A DNA stretch of 64,000 nt from NCBI GenBank assembly GCA_963715985.1, contig CAVQSP010000013.1:512001-576000 (forward strand), read 5' to 3'. Source of the DNA: an uncultured Thermoleophilia bacterium (GTDB taxonomy: Bacteria > Actinomycetota > Thermoleophilia > UBA2241). A model generated the notes under the pieces. It had not been told where the DNA came from. It worked only from the letters and a program-made list of their open reading frames with translations, and made no database searches. The stretch's first letter is position 1. Each line of letters begins with the position of its first letter. The position numbers and the translations under genes are program-made. Shown here piece by piece: positions 57,831 through 64,000 of this stretch.

Positions 57831-59306
57831 GTGAGAGTCAGGTTCGCGCCGAGTCCGACGGGCACGCTGCACATCGGCTCCGCGCGCACCGCGCTGTTCA
57901 ACTACCTGTACGCGCGGCACTGCGGCGGGGCGTTCGTGCTGCGCGTCGACGACACGGATGCCGGACGCTCCGAGGACCGTCACGAGGAGGCCATCCTCGA
58001 GGACCTCCGCTGGCTGGGGCTGGACTGGGACGAGGGGCCCGGCGCCGGCGGCGACTACGGGCCATACCGCCAGAGCGAGCGCCTCGAGGGCTACCGCGCG
58101 GCGGCGCGGGAGCTGCTCGCGGCCGGGCACGCCTATCGGTGCTTCTGCCCCGAGGAGCGCCTCAAGGAGCTGCGCGCGGCGGCGCTGGCCGAGGGCCGCA
58201 CGCCGCGCTACGACCGCCGCTGCCTGCGCCTCACGCAGGAGGAAGTGGAGGCGCGTGTGGCCGCCGGCGAGCCGGCGGCCCTGCGCTTCCTCGTGCCCGC
58301 CGGCGACATCACGGTCGAGGACCTCATCCGCGGACCCGTGGTGGTCGGCGACGGCGCCGTCGGCGACTTCATCATCGTGCGCTCCGACGGCGTGGCCGGC
58401 TACAACTTCGCCACCGTGGTGGACGACCGCGACATGCGCATCACGCACGTCATCCGCGGCGACGACCACCTCACCAACACGGCCCGGCAGGTGCTGCTGT
58501 TCCGCGCTCTCGGCGCGCCGCTGCCGGCGTTCGCCCACCACTCCATGGTGCTGGGCGCCGAGGGCGGCAAGCTCAGCAAGCGGCACGGCGCCGCCTCGGT
58601 CGGCGACTTCCGCGAGCTCGGCTACCTGCCGCAGGCGCTCGTCAACTACCTCGCCCTGCTGAGCTGGTCGCACGGGGAGGAGGAGGTCCTGGGTATGGAC
58701 CGCCTCGTCGAGGAGTTCGAGGTGGAGAAGCTCTCGCCGAGCGCGGTGGTCTTCGACCAGGCCAAGCTCGACTGGCTGGATCACGAGCACATCATGGGTC
58801 TCGCGCCGGAGGTGCACGAGGCCCTCTTCGCGGAGCGCCTGCCGGCCGGGACGCCGCCAGAAGCGGCGGCGGCGCTGGCGGCGGCGTTCCAGCCGTCGCT
58901 CGTCGCCTACGGCCAGGCGCCGGCCCTCGCCGCCGCCGTCCTCGACGAGCCGGTCGTGCCGCCGGAGCTGGCTCCTGCTCTGCCGGCGGCCGCCCGGCAG
59001 CTCTCGGTCTTCCGCGACCTGCGGGCCGCGACGGCGGGGTGGCTCACGCCGCCCGCCGCCCGCGAGCTCCTGGCCGCGTATCGCGCCTGGGGCAAGGAGG
59101 CGGGCATCGGCGCCCGCGACCTGCTCATGCCCCTGCGCATCGCCCTCACCGGCGCCGAGCACGGGCCTGAGCTGCCCTTCGTCCTCGCCGCTCTTCACCG
59201 CGACGAGACGCTCCGCCGTCTCGACCCCTACCTCACGGGAGCGACCGACACCAGCGCCGGGAACGTAGCCGGCGAGCCCACGACGACCCAGGGAGATTCA
59301 CCGTGA
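57831..59306 (+). CDS. gltX: Glutamate--tRNA ligase
   Basis: RFAPSPTGTLHIG, PYRQSER, THVIRGDDH, KLSKR. Confidence 0.92.
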   Translation: MRVRFAPSPTGTLHIGSARTALFNYLYARHCGGAFVLRVDDTDAGRSEDRHEEAILEDLRWLGLDWDEGPGAGGDYGPYRQSERLEGYRAAARELLAAGHAYRCFCPEERLKELRAAALAEGRTPRYDRRCLRLTQEEVEARVAAGEPAALRFLVPAGDITVEDLIRGPVVVGDGAVGDFIIVRSDGVAGYNFATVVDDRDMRITHVIRGDDHLTNTARQVLLFRALGAPLPAFAHHSMVLGAEGGKLSKRHGAASVGDFRELGYLPQALVNYLALLSWSHGEEEVLGMDRLVEEFEVEKLSPSAVVFDQAKLDWLDHEHIMGLAPEVHEALFAERLPAGTPPEAAAALAAAFQPSLVAYGQAPALAAAVLDEPVVPPELAPALPAAARQLSVFRDLRAATAGWLTPPAARELLAAYRAWGKEAGIGARDLLMPLRIALTGAEHGPELPFVLAALHRDETLRRLDPYLTGATDTSAGNVAGEPTTTQGDSP

Positions 59307-60853
59307 TCCGCCTCTTCAACTCGCTCACCCAGCAGAAGGAGCCCTTCGAGCCCCGCGACCCCGGCAAGGCCGGCGTCTACTGCTGCGGCCCCACGGTCTA
59401 CAACCTGGTGCACGTGGGCAACGCCCGTCCCTACGTCACCTTTGCGGTGCTTCGCGCCTGGCTGGCCCACCGCGGTCTCGACGTCAAGCTCGTCACCAAC
59501 ATCACCGACGTGGACGACAAGATCATCGCCAAGGCCAACGCCGAAGGGCGCGACTCCGCCGACCTTGCCGCGGAGTACACGGCGGCCTACGTGGAGGACA
59601 CCGACCGCCTGGGCATCCCGCGCCCCGACCTCGAGCCTCTCGCGACCCAGACCATCCCCGAGATCATCGACCTCGTCTGCCAGCTGATCGGCTCCGACCA
59701 CGCCTACCCTGCGCACGGCAGCGTGTACTTCCGCGTGCGCAGCTTCGACGGCTACGGCAAGCTCAGCGGGCAGCGCATCGACGAGCTCGCCGAGGGTGTG
59801 CGCGTGGACAACGAGCCCGGCAAGGCCGACCCGCTGGACTTCGCGGTGTGGAAGGCGGCCAAACCGGGCGAGCCCGCCTGGGACAGCCCGTGGGGTATGG
59901 GGCGCCCGGGCTGGCACATCGAGTGCTCCGCCATGGGTCTGCGCTACCTGGGCGCCGGGTTCGACGTGCACGGCGGCGGCCGCGACCTCATCTTCCCGCA
60001 TCACGAGAACGAGATCGCCCAGGCCGAGGCCGCCGGGCTGCCGTTCGCGCGCGTGTGGATGCACAACGGCATGATCCGCAGCGAGGGCGAGAAGATGGCC
60101 AAGAGCGTGGGCAACATCTTCCTGTTGCGCGAGGTGCTCGACAGGTACGAGCCTGCGACCGTGCTCATGTACTTCCTCACCACGCACTACCGCAGCCCGC
60201 TGGAGTTCTCCACCGACAAGCTGGATGAGGCCAAAGCCGCGTACACGCGGCTCGTCGATGCGCTGGCGGACTTCGAGTTCCGCATCGAGAACGCCGCCCG
60301 GGCCGCGCGGCAGGGCGAGTGGCCGGATCTCTCGCTGCGCGCGGAGGCCGCGCGCCTGCGCTTCAGCGAGCACATGGACGACGATCTGAACACGGCCGGC
60401 GCCCTGGGCGAGCTGTTCGCCCTGGCGTCAGAGACGCGGCGCTATCTGGCCGGCGTGGACCGCGGCGAGGCGCCGCTGGACGCCGAGGCGCTGGCCCTGG
60501 TATGTGAGGTGATCCGCGAGTCGCTCGGCGTACTGCTCGTCCCGCTGCCCGCCTCGGCCGTGACCACCACGTCGGCCGGCAACGTGCCCGGAGAGGGCGC
60601 GGAGGCCTGCGCCACCGGTGTCGTGGCCCTGGCTCCGGCGGCTCGTCTGGCGGAGGAAGAGCGCTGGGACGACGTGGCGCTCGTGTACGAGGACCGGCTC
60701 GCGTGCGGCGACGCGTCGTACGCGTGCGTGCTGCGCGACCACCTGCGTACCGCCAAGGATTGGGCGGGCGCCGACCGTGTGCGCGACGAGCTGCAGGCGG
60801 CCGGCTTCGACGTCCGCGACACGCCGCAGGGCACGCAGGTGGTGCGCCGTTGA
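59303..60853 (+). CDS. cysS: Cysteine--tRNA ligase
   Basis: CGPTVY..HVGN, GRPGWHIECSAM, FPHHENE, KMAKS, DDDLNT. Confidence 0.95.
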   Translation: MIRLFNSLTQQKEPFEPRDPGKAGVYCCGPTVYNLVHVGNARPYVTFAVLRAWLAHRGLDVKLVTNITDVDDKIIAKANAEGRDSADLAAEYTAAYVEDTDRLGIPRPDLEPLATQTIPEIIDLVCQLIGSDHAYPAHGSVYFRVRSFDGYGKLSGQRIDELAEGVRVDNEPGKADPLDFAVWKAAKPGEPAWDSPWGMGRPGWHIECSAMGLRYLGAGFDVHGGGRDLIFPHHENEIAQAEAAGLPFARVWMHNGMIRSEGEKMAKSVGNIFLLREVLDRYEPATVLMYFLTTHYRSPLEFSTDKLDEAKAAYTRLVDALADFEFRIENAARAARQGEWPDLSLRAEAARLRFSEHMDDDLNTAGALGELFALASETRRYLAGVDRGEAPLDAEALALVCEVIRESLGVLLVPLPASAVTTTSAGNVPGEGAEACATGVVALAPAARLAEEERWDDVALVYEDRLACGDASYACVLRDHLRTAKDWAGADRVRDELQAAGFDVRDTPQGTQVVRR

Positions 60854-60866
60854 GCGGCGGTCGAGG

Positions 60867-61274
60867 CTAGGAGAAGACGAACGACGTGAGCAGCGCCACC
60901 GACCCGATCATGCCGCCTGCCACCGCGGCCACGGTGGAGGCTCCGCCCAGGCGGGCGGCCCGCCCGCCTGCGGCGGCCGCGCTCGTGCCGCGCAGCGCGA
61001 CGAGTGCGAGCACAGCCAGGACCGCGGCGGCGCCTTCTACTGCGGCGGCAACGGCCGAGAGCGCCCCGCCGCGGCCGCCGTGCATGACGGCGAGCGGCAA
61101 CAGCTCGAGCAGCGGACCGATGACGATGGCCAGGGTGAGCGCGTACCGCAGGCGCGGCCGCCGGCCGGCCAGCACGGCCGCCGCGAGCACGAGCAGCGGC
61201 GAGACGACCGTCCACCAGAACAGGACGGACACGCTCGTGGCGGCGAACCACTCCGCTGTTCCGGCGACGACCAT
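60867..61274 (-). CDS. Hypothetical membrane protein (about 4 TM helices)
   Basis: Hydrophobic ORF; TATGGT lies 6 nt before ATG 61274; TAG stop. Confidence 0.55.
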   Translation of the reverse strand: MVVAGTAEWFAATSVSVLFWWTVVSPLLVLAAAVLAGRRPRLRYALTLAIVIGPLLELLPLAVMHGGRGGALSAVAAAVEGAAAVLAVLALVALRGTSAAAAGGRAARLGGASTVAAVAGGMIGSVALLTSFVFS

Positions 61275-61336
61275 GCGGGCACCATACCCGCGGCCGCGTC
61301 CGGGCACCCTTTCACGCGTCGCCGGCCGGTGACGTA

Positions 61337-62065
61337 GTGGACTGGATCTACGGGCGCAACGTCGTCGAGCTCGCCCTGAGCCCCGGCGCCCGGCGCCGCG
61401 CCGGCCGGCTCGCCGTCACGGCGGCGGCGCTCAAGAAGCTTCAGCCTGTGCTCCCCTCCGGCCTGACGGTCGAGACCGTGGATGCGCACACCCTCGACGA
61501 GCTCACCGGCACGCGCGAGCACCAGGGCGCGGCGCTCCAGGTGGAGGCGTTCCCCTACGCATCGTCTGACGTGGTGCTCCAGGCCGAGCTCGTGGTCGTC
61601 CTCGACGAGGTCACGGACCCTCACAACCTCGGCGCCGTGGCCAGGAGCGCGCTGGCGGCGGGCGCCGGGGGGCTGGTGGTGCCCCGGCACCGGGCGGCGG
61701 CGGTCACGCCGGCCGCCGTCAAGGCCTCCGCCGGCACGCTCGAACACCTCCCCGTCGCTCAGGTCACGAACGTGGTGGCATTCCTCAAGGAGGCGCAGAA
61801 GGCCGGCTTCTGGGTGTACGGGGCCGCCGGCGAGGCGCGCGGCAGCTACCTCGATCTCGACCTCACGGGCCGCGTGGTGCTCGTCTTCGGCGCCGAAGGC
61901 CGCGGGCTGCGGCCGCTCGTGGCGCGCGGCTGCGACGTGCTCGCCGCCATCCCGCTCGCGGCACCGGTCGAGAGCCTCAACGTGAGCGTTGCGGCGGCGA
62001 TCTTCCTCTTCGAGGCTCGCCGCCAGCGTGCGGCCGCGGCCGGGGGGGCAGAGGGGGCGTCGTGA
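61337..62065 (+). CDS. rlmB: 23S rRNA (Gm2251) methyltransferase
   Basis: IYGRN, HQG, DEVTDPHNLGA, KASAG, GAEGRG, ESLNVSVA. Confidence 0.92.
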   Translation: MDWIYGRNVVELALSPGARRRAGRLAVTAAALKKLQPVLPSGLTVETVDAHTLDELTGTREHQGAALQVEAFPYASSDVVLQAELVVVLDEVTDPHNLGAVARSALAAGAGGLVVPRHRAAAVTPAAVKASAGTLEHLPVAQVTNVVAFLKEAQKAGFWVYGAAGEARGSYLDLDLTGRVVLVFGAEGRGLRPLVARGCDVLAAIPLAAPVESLNVSVAAAIFLFEARRQRAAAAGGAEGAS

Positions 62066-62569
62066 GCCGCACCCTCTACATCGTGGACGGCTACAACGTG
62101 CTGCACGCGCTCTTCCGCGGCGTGGGCAGGGAGGAGCTCTTCGCGCGCCGCGACTGGCTGGCCGACAGGCTGGCCGACTTCGCGGCGCTCACAGGGCGCG
62201 AGGGCCGTGCTGGTCTTCGACGGGCACGGCCCCGAGAGCACGACCAGCGTGCCCGTGAAGGGCGGGCCCCTGGAGGTGCGGTTCGCGGGCGGTGCCTTCA
62301 CGGCCGACACCTTGATCGCCCGCCTCATCGCCTCCTGCGAGGCCGACGTGCACGCGGTGGTCGTGTCCGCCGACCAGGAGGTCCAGCGCACCGCCACACG
62401 CGCCGGTGTGAGCCGCATGACGCCGCAGGAGCTGGGCGCCGAACTGCGGGTCCGCGACGAAGTACTTGATTCTTCCAGCGAAGCAAGTACAATGCCCTCG
62501 CGGCTTGAGGATAAAGTAGACCCTGAGACTTTGCGCAAGCTGGAGGAGATGCGCAACAAGCCACAGTAG
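62062..62569 (+). CDS. NYN-domain ribonuclease YacP/Rae1-like, frameshifted near 62200
   Basis: YIVDGYNV, LVFDG, TADTLI, VVSADQEVQ; sits between rlmB and sigH. Confidence 0.8.
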
Positions 62570-62632
62570 CCACCCGGAGCCTCCCAGGCCTCGGGTTTTG
62601 CAGGGGTTAATACTTGGAGGTGGGGGCAAGGA

Positions 62633-63310
62633 ATGGCGCGCCAGGCCGACCACAGTCGTACGGCGGGATCCTCTCACAACCCTCAACCATACAGCGAGAG
62701 TGCGGACTTCGCCCTGGTCCAGGCATACCGGCGGGGCAACCGGGCCGCACTCGAGGCACTCATGCTCCGCTACCACCAGTTCGTGCGTCTCAAGGCGAGC
62801 TCGTACTTCCTGGCCGGCGGCGACGCCGAGGACCTCATCCAGGAGGGCATGCTGGGCCTCTACAAGGCGGTTCGGGACTACCGTGACGACCGCCTGGCCT
62901 CCTTCCGCAGCTTCGCGGAACTGTGCATCACACGCCAGATCATCACGGCCATCAAGACGGCCACGCGCCAGAAGCACGTGCCCCTCAACGGCTACCTGTC
63001 GTTCAGCCAGTCGCCCGGCGACGCCTCAGACGACGGCGACTGCTCGCTGGGCGACGTCCTGCCCGGCCCCAGCACTCACGATCCGGTGAACCAGGTCATC
63101 AGCTCCGAAGAAGTGGACAGCCTCACCGGTTGCCTCACGCGCATGCTCTCGGACCTCGAGGGCCGGGTGCTGCGCCTCTACCTGCAGGGGCTCAGCTACG
63201 AGCGCATCGCCAACGAGCTGGAGTGCGACTGCAAGACCGTGGACAACGCCCTGCAGCGCATCAAGCGCAAGGTCGACCTGCACCTGGAGAGCCGCAAGGT
63301 CCTGGGCTGA
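62633..63310 (+). CDS. sigH: RNA polymerase sigma factor SigH-type
   Basis: YFLAGGDAEDLIQEGMLGLYKAVRDY, FAELCITRQIITAIKTATRQKH.PLN, KTVDNALQRIKRK. Confidence 0.9.
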   Translation: MARQADHSRTAGSSHNPQPYSESADFALVQAYRRGNRAALEALMLRYHQFVRLKASSYFLAGGDAEDLIQEGMLGLYKAVRDYRDDRLASFRSFAELCITRQIITAIKTATRQKHVPLNGYLSFSQSPGDASDDGDCSLGDVLPGPSTHDPVNQVISSEEVDSLTGCLTRMLSDLEGRVLRLYLQGLSYERIANELECDCKTVDNALQRIKRKVDLHLESRKVLG

Positions 63311-63381
63311 TCGGCGGATGAGCCGGGCCGGCCGGCCCGGAGCTGTGGGCGGGCCCGGCGCCAGAAGCGCCCGCCCTGCTT

Positions 63382-64000
63382 CTAGAACGTCATCAGGCTG
63401 ACGTCGTGTCCCTGCTGCTGCACGAGCAGCTTGAAGTCGTGCGGGTTGCTCGCCACCTGCGCCGCGTCGCTCAGCGTGATCAGACCGTCCTCGTACAGCT
63501 TGAGCAGCGCCTGGTCGAACGTCTGCATGCCGTAGAAGTCGCCTTCCTTGATGGCGTCGATGATGAGCATCGCCTGGTCCTGATCGAGGAGGAAGTCGCG
63601 GATACGGTTGGTCGTGATCATGATCTCGATGGCCGGCACGCGGCCGCTGCCGTCGGCCTTGGCCAGGAGCCTCTGGGAGACGATGCCTTTGAGCGTGCCC
63701 GCGAGCATGATGCGCACCTGCTTCTGCTGGTGCAGCGGGAAGAAGTCGATGATGCGGTTGATGGTCTCCGTCGCGTCGATGGTGTGCAGCGTGCTCATCA
63801 CGAAGTGGCCGGTCTGCGCGGCAGTGAGCGCCGCAGAGACCGTCTCGGTGTCGCGCATCTCGCCGATGAGGATGTCGTCCGGGTCCTGACGCAGCACGTA
63901 CTTGAGGGCCGAGATGTAGGAGTCGGTGTCGAGGCCGATCTCGCGCTGGTTGATGATCGACTTCTTGTCCTTGTGCAGCACCTCGATGGGGTCCTCGATG
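63382..64000 (-). CDS. pilT: Type IV pilus retraction ATPase PilT/PilU (3' part; runs off the window end)
   Basis: IEDPIE, NQREIG, LRQDPDDILIGEMRD, TGHFVMSTLHT, GMQTFDQAL. Confidence 0.88.
   Translation of the reverse strand, partial: IEDPIEVLHKDKKSIINQREIGLDTDSYISALKYVLRQDPDDILIGEMRDTETVSAALTAAQTGHFVMSTLHTIDATETINRIIDFFPLHQQKQVRIMLAGTLKGIVSQRLLAKADGSGRVPAIEIMITTNRIRDFLLDQDQAMLIIDAIKEGDFYGMQTFDQALLKLYEDGLITLSDAAQVASNPHDFKLLVQQQGHDVSLMTF

Noticed and set aside
265-62569. Many frameshifted genes (otsA, 4338 membrane gene, larC, both permeases, acyl-CoA synthetase, SDR, pylB, corrinoid, uppP, pmbA, yacP-like) as pseudogenes or programmed frameshifts
   Set aside because: They are single-base shifts scattered through housekeeping and accessory genes with intact motifs on both sides and no shared slippery site, which fits uncorrected long-read indels. 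Read polishing would decide.
62633-63310. sigH and GerMN as signs of endospore formation
   Set aside because: Both families are widespread in non-sporulating bacteria and no spo genes are present.

Overview
High-GC bacterial chromosomal window, probably from an anaerobic Actinomycetota (Thermoleophilia-like). This is inferred from the GC content, many leaderless promoters and the gltX-cysS-rlmB-yacP-sigH synteny. About a dozen otherwise intact genes carry single-base frameshifts, which looks like long-read indel error. The main result is a complete pyrrolysine (22nd amino acid) system at 39.9-48.2 kb: pylB-pylC-pylD, a tRNA-Pyl with CUA anticodon (43126-43198, not in the ORF track), a separate pylSn, a methylamine-type corrinoid protein and pylSc. 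The cluster is scrambled relative to the usual bacterial order, and pylSc sits at the end of a housekeeping uppP-amidase operon. No Pyl-containing (in-frame TAG) gene is visible in the window, and TAG is still used as a normal stop. Other content: a C1/methyl-branch operon (fhs-fchA-folD) joined to a HydBC/NuoEF-like module with no catalytic subunit; two tandem APC permeases with Lrp, a metallophosphoesterase and a nucleotidyltransferase-like gene; putrescine aminotransferase and a basic amino acid decarboxylase; a tungsten AOR-family operon; gatCAB; a NifV/LeuCD/IDH-like tricarboxylate operon interrupted by a cyclophilin; tldDE; pyrE; an orphan DNA methyltransferase; a 2.5 kb rnj islet flanked by an 85-bp direct repeat of the otsA 3' end; and a small REP-like repeat family.
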